NCBI GenBank assembly: GCA_030390025.1 | Contig: CM059431.1 | Location: 95,978,001-96,042,000, forward strand | DNA from: Squalus acanthias | Lineage: Eukaryota | Direction of reading: 5' to 3' | DNA length: 64,000 bases | Shown: positions 1 through 11,314 of the stretch, in pieces | Layout: every line of letters begins with the position of its first letter | Numbering within the stretch: the stretch's first letter is position 1 | Notes under the pieces: model-generated | What the model saw: the letters and a program-made list of their open reading frames with translations, nothing else | What the model was told of the DNA's origin: nothing | Database searches by the model: none | Translations under genes and position numbers: made by a program

Positions 1-239
1 GATTTTCTGTAGATTGGCCTTGCTAAGCCTGCCCTGCGGGGTTCCTGGCCAATTAACAGGAAACGGGTCATTTGATGACGTGCCATCAGCCGGTTTCCTT
101 AAAGGGACCACGGCCACATTGATTTTGACAGTTGTGCTGTCAGTGTTCTGCAGCATTGAGGTGCTGCAAACACGGACAAGCACTGCACAAAAGTGCACGT
201 CTGCACACAGGCTCACACATGACTACCTCCAGCATGCAG

Positions 240-412
240 GGAGGTCCTCTTCCCTTCCCTTGGGCGAAAGAGACCTCCACAGGAGATCAACGCAGTCTAT
301 TTGCACATTGCACAGGACACAAGCAGGGATGTCATCAGGAGCCCCTGGCTGCAGTGGTGCCAACCTTTCAATGATCTCAGTAGATCACGAAACGTTACTG
401 CAAAGCCACACT
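240..412 (+). pseudogene. Harbinger Myb/SANT-like (trihelix) DNA-binding gene remnant
   Basis: Translates EVLFPSLGRKRPPQEINAVYLHIAQDTSRDVIRSPWLQWCQPFNDLSRS, which aligns by eye with copies at 43197 and 63708 (EVLFP...R.W..C.K.FNDL). Confidence 0.6.
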
Positions 413-1273
413 CAAACTCATCCTGCTGTGCCACGCATCACATCCCCATCACTCTGCCTTCCCTACCCTACTCCTGCACATCCTTACTCACACCACCTTA
501 CCTTGCACCTCCATCCATCACCCATCCCTCTCTATCTACATTATCACTTCCCCATCTCACTAGCCACCCCTCACACTCACCCTCATCCTACTGCAAGCAT
601 ACCAACGAACAACACACAAGGGTAGGCACTTGAGAGGTTTAGCAAATGTTCATGTGAAGTTTCTGTGAATGTGTTGTCAAACATTGAAATCCATATTTTC
701 AACACTTCACCTTATTGGACAGATCTGTGAGCACCTTGAGAAATGTCTTAGTGAGTTCTAGTGAATGTTAAGGCATAACTCCCCTCCCCCCCCCCTCACT
801 ATTGTGATGGGTGTGAAAGAAATGGCTTGGACATTATATGGATTCTTTATGGTGCTGGTGTGGGATGGTGTCAACCTGGCGCATCATGTGGCAGCCAGGG
901 TATACAATGTCAAGTGAAGTAAATCTGGCCATGGTGATGCCATCGCTGGCCTCCCAGACAGCAATGTTGTCAGGTGCTGATGCCCTGTGTAGCATCAAGT
1001 GATGCTGGAGAAGGTTGGTGTTGTTGTTGGCGATGTTGTTAGTGTTGTTGTTGGCGATGTTGGTGTGCCTGGTGATGTTGGTGTTGGGGCTGATCGTGGA
1101 AGGATTCAGGGGACGAAGGTGTGATTTTTCCAAGGGCCGATGTTGCTGGAATAGATGGCAGCTGCAGTTGAGATGACAGAAGCGTTCTGTCAATGGTGAG
1201 AGAGGTTGTTCCAATGAGGTGTCACTGGATATACAGCTGGCTCTAAACACTTGCAACCTAAATAAATCGCTAT

Positions 1274-2798
1274 GGCCGCGATTTTATCATTGGTGGCGGG
1301 TTGGGTGCGGGTCAGGTGGTCGGTGGGTTCTGGTCCCACCGCCGCTTTCAGCTGGTCAGAAATAGCAATTTTACCTTAATTGGCCTTCTTGAATCCCTGC
1401 GTGCGTGCTACCCGGGCCAATTAGTGGTTTCGGGTCTGCTGCTCACCTCTGCTGACGTCTGTCAGCCAGCTGCATTTAAGGGGCTCATGCAACATTGTTT
1501 CATTTTCATCCTTTTATGTTGGTTTTCATGCTGTCAACTGCTCCCATGACTGCTGCAAGAGCCAAGGCGTCTCCCCACTTTGATGATGACTCCCTCATCA
1601 CGGGCAGCAATATGCTCGTGTGCTGCTTGAGCTGGCTCATCCGCCTCCGCAAGGTCTTCCTCCTCCTCCTCCTCTATGCGCTGAGCCACTTGTTCCTCAG
1701 GCAGCTGCAAGCCACGATGCTGTGCGATGTTGTGTAGTGCACAGCAGACCACGACGATTCTGGAGACCCTGGCTGCTGAGTACTGTAGGGCTCCACCTGA
1801 TCTGTCAAGGCCTCAATCGCATTTTGAGCAAGCCAATGGTTTGTTCGATGATGGCTCTGGTGGAAATGTGGCTGGCATTGTCACACTCCTCAGCTTCGTT
1901 TGATGGCCTCCTCAACGGCGTCATTAGCCACATCATCAGGGGATAGCCCTTGTCTCCAAGTAGCCATCTGGAAAGTTGGGTTGGCGGATTGAAGAGCGGA
2001 GGCACAGTAGACTGCCGCAGGATGAACAAGTCATGGCAACTGCCAGGGTACTTTGCGCAAACATGCATAATGTTCTTCCTGTGGTTACACACCAGCTGGA
2101 CGTTAAAGGAGTGGAACCCCTTGCGGTTGACAAATACAGCTGGGTTGTGATGGGGTGCCCTGATGGCCACATGTGTGCAGTCTATGATGTCCTGCACCCT
2201 TGGCAAGCCTGCCATCTTTGCAAAGCCAACCGCACGCGTGGTTATACTTGCTTGATCCGTGGAGAAGTGGATGTAATTGTGTGCCTTTGCAAAGAGGGCA
2301 TTGGTAACTTGCGTGATGCAAGTTTGTGCGGACGACTGGGAGATGCTACTGATGTCTGCTGATGAGCCCTGGAAGGACCCTGAAGCAAAAAAATTGAGGG
2401 CGGTGGTGACTTTGACAGCCACAGGTAAGGGGTGTCCACCCGCTCCTCTGGGCTCCAGGTCTTGGTGCAGCATTGTGCAGATGTCAGCGACTACCTCTCG
2501 TGAAAGTCTCAGCCTCCTTTGGCACTGCTGCTCAGTCATGTTGAGGAAGCTCATCCTCGGCCTGTAAACCCTGTGTTGGGGGTATTTTCTGAGGCGACGT
2601 GCAGCCCTGTTGTTAACTGCCTTAAGGGCCTCTCCCACCGCTTGGTGGCGGGACCGATCGGGACTCCCAGAACTGGCATTTCGCAAAGTGGCGTGGAGGC
2701 GGGTTGATGGTGGGATGGCAACCCGCCGTCAATTAGAAAGATTTTAACCTTTGACCCGCCTCCAAACCCACCCTCTCAGTGCCGATAAAATCACGGCC
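1274..2798 (-). mobile_element. PIF/Harbinger DNA transposon, transposase-only, 1525 bp
   Basis: TIRs GGCCGCGATTTTATC / GATAAAATCACGGCC; 3-bp TSD TAT at 1271-1273 and 2799-2801. Confidence 0.9.
1534..2686 (-). pseudogene. Harbinger (HARBI1-like) DDE transposase with one frameshift near 1810
   Basis: Motifs [34 protein letters not shown] and [11 protein letters not shown] in ORF 1805..2686; continues in another frame as VCCALHN plus an acidic tail (ORF 1534..1752). Confidence 0.92.
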
Positions 2799-2861
2799 TA
2801 TATGTCTTACAAATGCAGTAACCAATAGTTTCTGAGTTCTGAAACTGAACAGCTGCAACAA

Positions 2862-3290
2862 GGGCAACACGGTGGCATAGTGGTTAGCACTGGTGTCTCA
2901 CAGCGCCAGGGACCCGGGTTCGAATCTGACCTCGGGTGACTGTCTGTGTGGAGTTTGCACATTCTCCCCGTGTCTGCGTGGGTTTCCTCCGGGTGCTCCG
3001 GTTTCCTCCCACAGTCCAAAAATGTGCGGGTTAGGTTGATTTGGCTATGATAAATTGACCCTTAGTGTTAGGGGGGGATTAAATATGTGGGGTTATGGGG
3101 ATAGGATGGGATATGTTAGGGGGAATTAAATACGTGGGGTTACGGGGGTAGGGTGGGATATGTGTACTGTGGGGATTAAAGCAGGGACAGGGTGCTGGAT
3201 TTGGATGATCAGCCATGATCGTATTGAATGGTGGAGCAGGCTCGACGGGCCGAATGGCCTACTCCTGCTCCTAAATTCTATGTTTCTATG
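2862..3290 (+). mobile_element. HE1-like V-SINE (tRNA head, V domain, CR1-derived tail)
   Basis: A box GGTGGCATAGTGG, B box GGTTCGAATC, V-domain GTGTGGAGTTTGCACATTCTCCCCGTGTCTGCGTGGG; tail TCAGCCATGATC...GAATGGCCTACTCCTGCTCC-(TTCTATGT)n is shared with CR1 3' ends in this window. Confidence 0.9.
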
Positions 3291-3639
3291 GTATCCTTTA
3301 TACCACTTCTGCAGCTGTCAGGTCAGATAAATCAAAGCAGACTCAACTCATGACAGGGTGAGCTGGTGTGTTCCCTGAGCAGCGGGTAACCCATGGGGGA
3401 GCACATAAAATTACAAGGCATGCTCAAAATAACATCAAATTGGCTCGTAACAAGCCATTTAATGAGCTCAATTGTCTCCCCCGCCGCTTGGTGCCGCGTC
3501 AGTTCTGTGCAGACAGACCTGACACCTGGGAGACTCGCGTGGAGGCGGGTTGGCAGCGGGTTTCCTACCTGGTGTCAATCTTTGCAATTTTGGCAGCGGA
3601 CCCGCCTCCAAACCCGCCAGCAAAATTCAGCCCATAGCT

Positions 3640-4575
3640 ATAGAAAAGTCATGACTTGGAATTAAACACTGCAGGGTATAACATATTTAGAAAAGAGAGA
3701 GGAAAAAAGGAGGAAGGTGGAGTTGCTGTACTTACTAGGGATAACATAATGGCAGTAGAAAAAGTGATGCAGCTATCAACAAGACAAAAATAGAATCCAT
3801 AGAGATAAAAGATAATAAAGGATCAATCACACTAATAGGGGTAGTCTACGTACCACCTAATAGTGCAAGGGAGGTGGAGGAAGAAATATGCAAACAATTT
3901 ATGGAAATGAGTAAAAAGCATAGAATAATAATCATGGGGGATTTCAACTACCCCGATATTAATTGGCCAGAAGAGGTAGGTAAAAGGGTAAGGGAATAGA
4001 GTTCCTACAATGTGTACAGGGCTCCTTTGTAACCCAATATGTAAGAAGCCCAACAAGGGAGGATTTGCTGTTGTATCTAGCAATGGGGAATGAACCAGAG
4101 CAAATAAAAGAAGTAAAAGTAGGGGAACATCGAGGCAATAGTGACCATCATATAATACACTTTAAGATAATAAGGACATAAGTATGGCAAAGACCAGGGG
4201 TAATAGACTGGAGAAAAGCCGATTTTGCGCGGCCGAGAATAGAACTTGGGAAAATAAAATGGACAACAATATTGGCAAACAATGATGTAGAACAGCAGTG
4301 GGAAATATTTAAAACGGTATTCAACAGAGTCCAGGAAAAATATATTCCGCTAAAAAACAAGAACAAGCTAAACACTAATGAAACACTGTGGATGAATAAA
4401 GACAAAGAAAAAATTGAGGATAAGGAAAGAGGCATACGCTAAGTACATGGACAGCAGGGGAGAGCATGACAAGACGTAATATGAAGAGGTTAGGAGAGAA
4501 GTCAAAAAAACAATTAGAAAGGAAAAAAGGAACTATGAAATTAAATTATCAAGGAACATAAAAAGAAATAGTAAA
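3640..4575 (+). mobile_element. Degraded CR1 LINE ORF2 fragment (APE endonuclease region)
   Basis: Broken frames contain GVVYVPPNS, MGDFNYPDINW and GNSDH, matching the CR1 ORF2 at 12498. Confidence 0.8.
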
Positions 4576-5162
4576 AGCAGCTCCTTTTCACACTATGTGG
4601 AATTAGCAACACAAAAGTGGTTTTGACATAGTCAAACTGTGAGGGGGTAACACATTCTAAGCTGTTATTTCATAATAAACACATAACTGGAATCTAGTGA
4701 GCTGTGGTCACTGGATTTTTAATCTTTAATCAAAGTTTTTCACCAATTTGTATGATGTTTATGTAAAGGATTTGTTTAGGTTTTACTGGGTAGATGCACG
4801 TTGGGTGAAGTTTCATCATGTCTGAGCGAGAGGACCTGCGGGAGGAACGGAGTCGGAGAGCGGGGATAAAGGCCTGGGAGTCTGAGCGCGCGGACTACCT
4901 GCGAGGGAGACAGTCGGCAAGTGACACAACAAAGGAGTGATGTCAGCTTTCAAAGGTGTCGCTGGCACAAGGGTAGAGGTGAATATTGGGTGAGTATTTG
5001 TGGTAATTTTTTTTTTGTTCTGTTTTGAGTATATTTCTGCTAAGTAGGTCATAGCATATCTAAGAGAGGGAGGTGCTGATTGGTGGGTAGCTGTTGAGTG
5101 TTTCTCGTCAAGTTTTAAGTTTATTTCAGCTAAATTACTTCCATAGTCTGGTAAATAGAGGC

Positions 5163-6111
5163 ATGGCAGGGCAGCTCAGTCTCTTGATTTGCACATCCTG
5201 TACCATGTGGGATATCCTGGATGCTTCTTGCGGCCTGGACGACCATGTGTGCAGGAAGTGGCGCCAACTGCAGCAACTCGAGCTCCGGGTTTCGGAGCTT
5301 GAGCGGCAGCTGGAGTCACTGCAGTGCATCCGCGAGGCTGAGAAATACTTGGAAAGCACGTTTCTAGAAGTGGTCACCCCGCAGCCTCAGAATGTGCAGG
5401 CAGAGAGGGAATGGGTGTCCACCAGACAGAGAAGGAGGACCAGGCAGGTAGGACAGGAATCCCCAGAGTGCATCTCGCTCACTAACCGGTTCACAGTTCT
5501 GGAAACTGGTGGGGGTGATGGCTCCTCTGGGGAGAGCAGCCAGAGCCAAGGCCACAGCACCACGGGTGGCTCAGCTGCACAGTGGGGGAGGAAGAAGAGT
5601 GGAAGAGCAATAGTGATAGGGGATTCATTGGTTAGGGGAACAGATACGCGTTTCTGTGGACGCAGACGTGACTCAAGGATGGTATGTCGACTCCCTGGTG
5701 CCAGGGTCAAGGATGTCACTGAGCGGCTGCAGGACACTCTGAGGGGGGAGGGTGAACAGCCAGAGGTCGTTGTCCATATCGGTACCAACGACATAGGCAG
5801 AAAGAGGGATGACGTCCTGCAGGCAGACTATAGGGAGCTAGGAAAGATTAAAAAGCACAACCTCAAAAGGTAATAATCTCCAGATTACTCCGAGAGCCAC
5901 GTGCTAGTGAGTACAGAAATAGGAGGATAGAACAGATGAATGCGTGGCTGGAGAGATGGTGCAGGAGAGGAGGGCTTTAGATTTGAGGCATTAGGACCAT
6001 ATCTGGGGAAGGTGGGACCTGTAGAAGCCGGACGGGTTATACCTCAACAGAGCCGAGACTAATATTCTCGCGGGGAGGTTTGCTAGTGCTGTTGGGGAAG
6101 GTTTAAACTAG
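5163..6111 (+). pseudogene. CR1 ORF1 (zinc finger, coiled coil, SGNH esterase), frameshifted near 5845
   Basis: CTSCTMW...VCRK zinc motif, leucine-zipper-like LELRVSELERQL, and esterase blocks IGDSLVRG, LPGARVKD, HIGTND. Confidence 0.88.
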
Positions 6112-6288
6112 CTTGGTAGGGGGAGGGGCACCAGCATATAGGAGTAGAAAAGAGGAATAAGGTGCATAAAAGAGTGTGTTGGTTAGTACTAGAGAAGAAA
6201 GTAGTACTAGAGGCGGAATTAGTACCATATTAGATAGGTGTGAGAAGTCGCACAACACCAGGTTATAGTCCAACAGTTTTATTTGAAA

Positions 6289-6326
6289 TCACAAGCTTTC
6301 GGAGCAGCTGCTCCTTCGTCAGGTGA
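6289..6326 (-). ncRNA. Minimal hammerhead ribozyme motif (inverted pLTR)
   Basis: Reverse complement reads TCAC-CTGACGA-A-GGAGC-agct-GCTCC-GAAA-GCTT-GTGA. Confidence 0.8.
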
Positions 6327-7018
6327 AGTGAAGAAATACAAGTGGGCACAGCATATATAGACAGAGAACAATGCCTGTGCAGAGAACAATGCCAGACGAC
6401 TACAGTTAATCTTTCTGACTGCCCTTTATCACACCTCGGCAAAGAGACAACCACGGCAATCAAATCCAACCAGGTCAGTCAGGAAGACATTACATCAAAG
6501 ACGATAGCAAAATACAACAAAGACAATGAGGTGGGGTCACAGGCGGTCTAATGTGGCAGAGGCTGCAGTCTGTATGGAAAACCAAAAACTTTAAACTTTT
6601 TACTTTTTTTACTGGAAATCACATCTGTGAACAAGCCAACGATGACTCGAGTCTGGATGACACTACGTTAGGTGGGGTTACATGTAGCGTGACATGAACC
6701 CAAGATCCCGGTTGAGGCCGTCCTCATGGGTGCGGAACTTGGCTATCAGTTTCTGCTCGATGATTTTGCGTTGTCGTGTGTCTCAAAGGCCGCCTTGGAG
6801 AACGCTTACCCAAAGATCCGAGGATGAATGTCCTTGACTGCTGAAGTGTTCCCCGACTGGGAGGTAACACTCCTGCCTGGCGATTGTTGCGCGGTGTCCG
6901 TTCATACGTTGTCGCAGTGTCTGTATGGTCTAGCCGATGTACCATGCTCCGGGGCATCCTTTCCTGCAACGTATGAGGTAGACAACGTTGGCCGAGTCAC
7001 ATGAGTATGTACCATGTA

Positions 7019-9440
7019 ACCAAGATAGAGTCCATGCTCTCAGCCTGTGCTCAGAACATAGCAGACCAGCTACGAGACACCGCCAAACAGACGAGGCAAC
7101 GGAACTACGCTGCCTACATGCACATCAAGAACAGGAAGCTTGAGAAACTTGGCATCACCACCAGCAGCAACCAAGCCTCCCCCGGTACCACGGTCGCAAC
7201 CACAGGGAAGTCCATCGTCAACATGTCCGACCACACCCTTCAATCAGACAAAATCGAAGTTCTCAGCCAAGGGCTCAAGTTCTGCCCCACCACCAAAATG
7301 GACCCCATCGGTCTCGCGGCAGACACAGAGGAATTCATCAGGAGATTGAGGCTCCGGGAATTCTTCCACAAATCCCAAGATGTCAGCAACGAACCCAATG
7401 AGACAATCAATGATCTGGAACAGCAGACAGAGGGACCCGCAGTGCAGCAACCGAAGAAGGAAGAGTCAAATTGGACCCCACCGGAGGGTTGCTGCCCTAA
7501 GCTTGACATGTATGCACAGGCTGTCAGGAGATGCATCAACGCCAGATTCATCAGCCGCACTCACAAGACAGTCCAGAATGTCACCCGAGCACAATGCAAC
7601 GCCATCCACACTCTCAAGACCAACCGCAACATCGTCATCAAACCAGCGGACAAAGGAGGAGCCATCGTCATACAGAACAGAATGGACTATTGCAAAGAAG
7701 CATACCAACAACTGGACAACCAGGAACACTACAGACAGTTACCCGCAGATCCGACCAAAGAACACACCCACCAACTCAATAGACTGATCAAGACCTTCGA
7801 TCCAGACCTTCAAAGCATCCTACGCGCTCTCATCCCACGTACTCCCCGCGTGGGAGACTTCTACTGCCTCCCAAAGATACACAAAGCCAACACACCCGGA
7901 CGTCCTATCGTATCAGGCAACGGAACCCTGTGAGAGAACCTCTCTGGATACGTCGAGGGCATCCTGAAACCCATCGTACAGGGAACCCCCAGCTTCTGTC
8001 GCGACACTACAGACTTCTTACAGAAACTCAGCACCCATGGACCAGTTGAACCAGGAACACTCCTCGCCACGATGGACGTATCGGCACTCTACACCAGTAT
8101 CCCCCACGATGACGGCATCGCTGCGACAGCCTCAGTACTCAACACCAACAACAGCCAATCTCCAGACGCCATCCTACAACTCATCCGCTTCATCCTTGAC
8201 CACAATGTCTTCACCTTCGACAACCAGTTTTTTACCCAAACACACGGAACAGCCATGGGGACCAAATTCGCACCCCAATACGCCAACATCTTCATGCACA
8301 AGTTCGAGCAAGACTTCTTCGCTGCACAGGACCTCCAACCAACGCTGTACACCAGATACATCGACGACATTTTCTTCCTTTGGACCCACGGCGAAGGATC
8401 ACTGAAAAGACTACACGATAACATCAACAAGTTCCATCCCACCATCAAACTCACCATGGACTACTCCTCAGATTCGGTTTCATTCTTGGACACACGAACC
8501 TCCATCAAAGACGGACACCTCAGCACTTCACTCTACCGCAAGCCCACGGACAACCTCACGATGCTCCACTTCTCCAGCTTCCACCCTAACCACGTTAAAG
8601 AAGCCAACCCCTATGGACAAGCCCTGCGAATACACAGGATCTGCTCAGACGAGGAGGAACGCGATGGACACCTACGGACGCTGAAAGATGCCCTCGTAAG
8701 AACGGGATACGACGCTCGACTCGTCGATCGACAGTTCCGACGGGCCACAGCGAAAAATCGCATAGACCTCCTCAGAAGACGAACATGGGACACAACCAAC
8801 AGAGTACCCTAGATCATCCAGTACTTCCCCGGAGCGGAGAAACTACGCCATGTTCTTCGCAGCCTTCAACATGTCATCGATGACGACGAACACCTTGCTA
8901 AGGCCATCCCCACGCCTCCACTACTCGCCTTCAAACAGCCGCCTAACCTCAAAAGTACCATCGTTCGACAGCAAATTACCCAGCTTTCAGGAGAACAGCG
9001 ACCACGACACCACACAACCCTACCACAGCAACCTCTGCAAGACATGCCAGATCATCAACACAGATACCATCACCACACGTGAGGACACTACCCACCAGGT
9101 ACATGGTACATACTCATGTGACTCGGCCAACGTTGTCTACCTCATACGTTGCAGGAAAGGATGCCCCGGAGCATGGTACATCGGCGAGACCATGCAGACA
9201 CTGCGACAACGTATGAACGGACACCGCGCAACAATCGCCAGGCAGGAGTGTTACCTCCCAGTCGGGGAACACTTCAGCAGTCAAGGACATTCAGCCTCGG
9301 ATCTTCGGGTAAGCGTTCTCCAAGGCGGCCTTCGAGACACACGACAACGCAAAATCATCGAGCAGAAACTGATAGCCAAGTTCCGCACCCATGAGGACGG
9401 CCTCAACCGAGATCTTGGGTTCATGTCACGCTACATGTAA
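7019..9440 (+). pseudogene. Penelope RT + GIY-YIG endonuclease ORF (5'-truncated; stops at 7931 and 8810; frameshift near 8967)
   Basis: KPADKGG, LPKIHK..PGRPIVS, DVSALYTSI, GTAMG, RYIDD, then VYLIRC...WYIGET. Confidence 0.93.
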
Positions 9441-9791
9441 CCCCACCTAACGTAGAGTCATCCAGACTCGAGTCATCGTTGGCTTGTTCACAGATGTGAT
9501 TTCCAGTAAAAAAAGTAAAAAGTTTAAAGTTTTTGGTTTTCCATACAGACTGCAGCTGCTGCCACATTAGACCCCCTGTGACCCCACCTCATTGTCTTTG
9601 TTGTATTTTGCTATCGTCTTTGATGTAATGTCTTCCTGACTGACCTGGTTGGATTTGATTGCCGTGATTGTTTCTCTGTCGAGGTGTGATAAAGGGCAGT
9701 CAGAAAGATTAACTGTAGTCGTCTGGCATTGTTCTCTGCACAGGCATTGTTCTCTGTCTATATATGCTGTGCCCACTTGTATTTCTTCACT

Positions 9792-9829
9792 TCACCTGAC
9801 GAAGGAGCAGCTGCTCCGAAAGCTTGTGA
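9792..9829 (+). ncRNA. Minimal hammerhead ribozyme motif (3' pLTR)
   Basis: TCAC-CTGACGA-A-GGAGC-agct-GCTCC-GAAA-GCTT-GTGA: CUGANGA/GAAA core, stems I and II, palindromic AAGCTT in place of stem III. Confidence 0.8.
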
Positions 9830-10260
9830 TTTCAAATAAAACTGTTGAACTATAACCTGGTGTTGTGCGACTTCTCACTTTTGTCCACCCCAGTCCAACA
9901 CCGGCATCTCCACATCATATTAGATAGGAGCAGACTAAGGAAGACTACGAAAAGTTCAAAAATGGGTTTAGAATGCATGTACGTAAACGCACAAAGTGTG
10001 GTGAATAAGGTTGGTGAGCTACAATCACAATTAGCCGTGTGGCAATATGATGTTGTGGCAATAACGGAAACGTGGCTTAAAAACGGTGAGGACTGGGCAC
10101 TTAATATTCAAGGGTACAAGGTGTTCAGAAAAGATAGGGAAGGAAAAAAGGGTGGTGGGGTGGCAGTGCTGATTAAGGAAGACATTGTAGTGTTGAAAAG
10201 GGAGGATGTTCTTGAGGGGACAAGGACAGAATCCATTTGGTCAGAGTTGAGGAGCAAAAA

Positions 10261-10982
10261 GCGTCGACAGCGGGGGAGGAGGAGCCTTTCTTTCTTTCTC
10301 TCTCCCACAGAGCGGTCGGCAGCGGGGAAGGAGGAGCGGACCTGGTTGGAGCGACAGAGGCCTGAGGTGAGTCAATAAAGGGAGGCCCGAGGCTCAGGTA
10401 GGCCTCAGACCAGCGTCGACAGCGGGGGAGGAGGAGCCTTTCTTTCTTTCTCTCTCCCACAGAGCGGTCGGCAGCGGGGAAGGAGGAGCGGACCTGGTTG
10501 GAGCGACAGAGGCCTGAGGTGAGTCAATAAAGGGAGGCCCGAGGCTCAGGTAGGCCTCAGACCAGCGTCGACAGCGGGGGAGGAGGAGCCTTTCTTTCTT
10601 TCTCTCTCCCACAGAGCGGTCGGCAGCGGGGAAGGAGGAGCGGACCTGGTTGGAGCGACAGAGGCCTGAGGTGAGTCAATAAAGGGAGGCCCGAGGCTCA
10701 GGTAGGCCTCAGACCAGCGTCGACAGCGGGGGAGGAGGAGCCTTTCTTTCTTTCTCTCTCCCACAGAGCGGTCGGCAGCGGGGAAGGAGGAGCGGACCTG
10801 GTTGGAGCGACAGAGGCCTGAGGTGAGTCAATAAAGGGAGGCCCGAGGCTCAGGTAGGCCTCAGACCAGCGTCGACAGCGGGGGAGGAGGAGCCTTTCTT
10901 TCTTTCTCTCTCCCACAGAGCGGTCGGCAGCGGGGAAGGAGGAGCGGACCTGGTTGGAGCGACAGAGGCCTGAGGTGAGTCA
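10261..10982 (+). repeat. 152-bp tandem repeat, ~4.7 copies (CR1 5' UTR)
   Basis: Units start with GCGTCGACAG at 10261, 10413, 10565, 10717 and 10869; identical short ORFs recur every 152 bp. Confidence 0.97.
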
Positions 10983-11314
10983 TTAAACTCACCTACGTGG
11001 CCTTTTTCCCCAGCGGGGAAAGAGCTTCGCGGGCTTTTTCAAAGGCAGAGGGCGGGGCCAATTCATTGGTACCCGTATATAGGTGGAGCGGTTGCTAAAC
11101 CCGAGACACTACACTAGTAGTGACTCCCACCCTCCCACCTCCTCTAACCTTTAGGGGTAGAGTGAATTTAAAAGGTAGGTTCGATTTTATATTTTGTTTT
11201 CAGGGACTTAACTCCTGGATCTAAGATAAATAAGTTTAAATTTTAGTAATAAAGTAACATAAGGGTTAAGTCATAACAGGAAGTCTCGGACCCGTTTCAT
11301 GCTCCTCCTGTGCC

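Larger units (their letters stand above)
1..3633. mobile_element. Old PIF/Harbinger-like element, host to a nested Harbinger and a SINE; left end uncertain
   Basis: Myb/SANT remnant at ~240-412. GGCGGG-rich subterminal block ends in TIR-like AAAATTCAGCCC at 3622-3633, the same style as other Harbinger ends in the window. Confidence 0.55.
6239..9915 (+). mobile_element. Penelope-like element with inverted pseudo-LTR (pLTR)
   Basis: TSD CATATTAGATAGG at 6226-6238 and 9916-9928; inverted arms 6240-7018 / 9100-9878; unpaired 3' tail 9879-9915. Confidence 0.95.

Noticed and set aside
834..1256. Asn-rich 140-aa ORF
   Set aside because: Arises from (TGT/TGG)n low-complexity sequence inside the old Harbinger.
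1805..2686. Host HARBI1 gene
   Set aside because: Frameshifted and bounded by TIRs and a TSD, so a transposon copy rather than the domesticated gene.
10261..10982. CRISPR-like regular repeats and repeated 72-aa ORFs
   Set aside because: Whole units are identical with no unique spacers, in a eukaryotic CR1 5' UTR context.
11081..11160. HDV-like or twister ribozyme in the CR1 5' UTR
   Set aside because: I could not assemble the required pseudoknot pairings; only a simple hairpin is supported.
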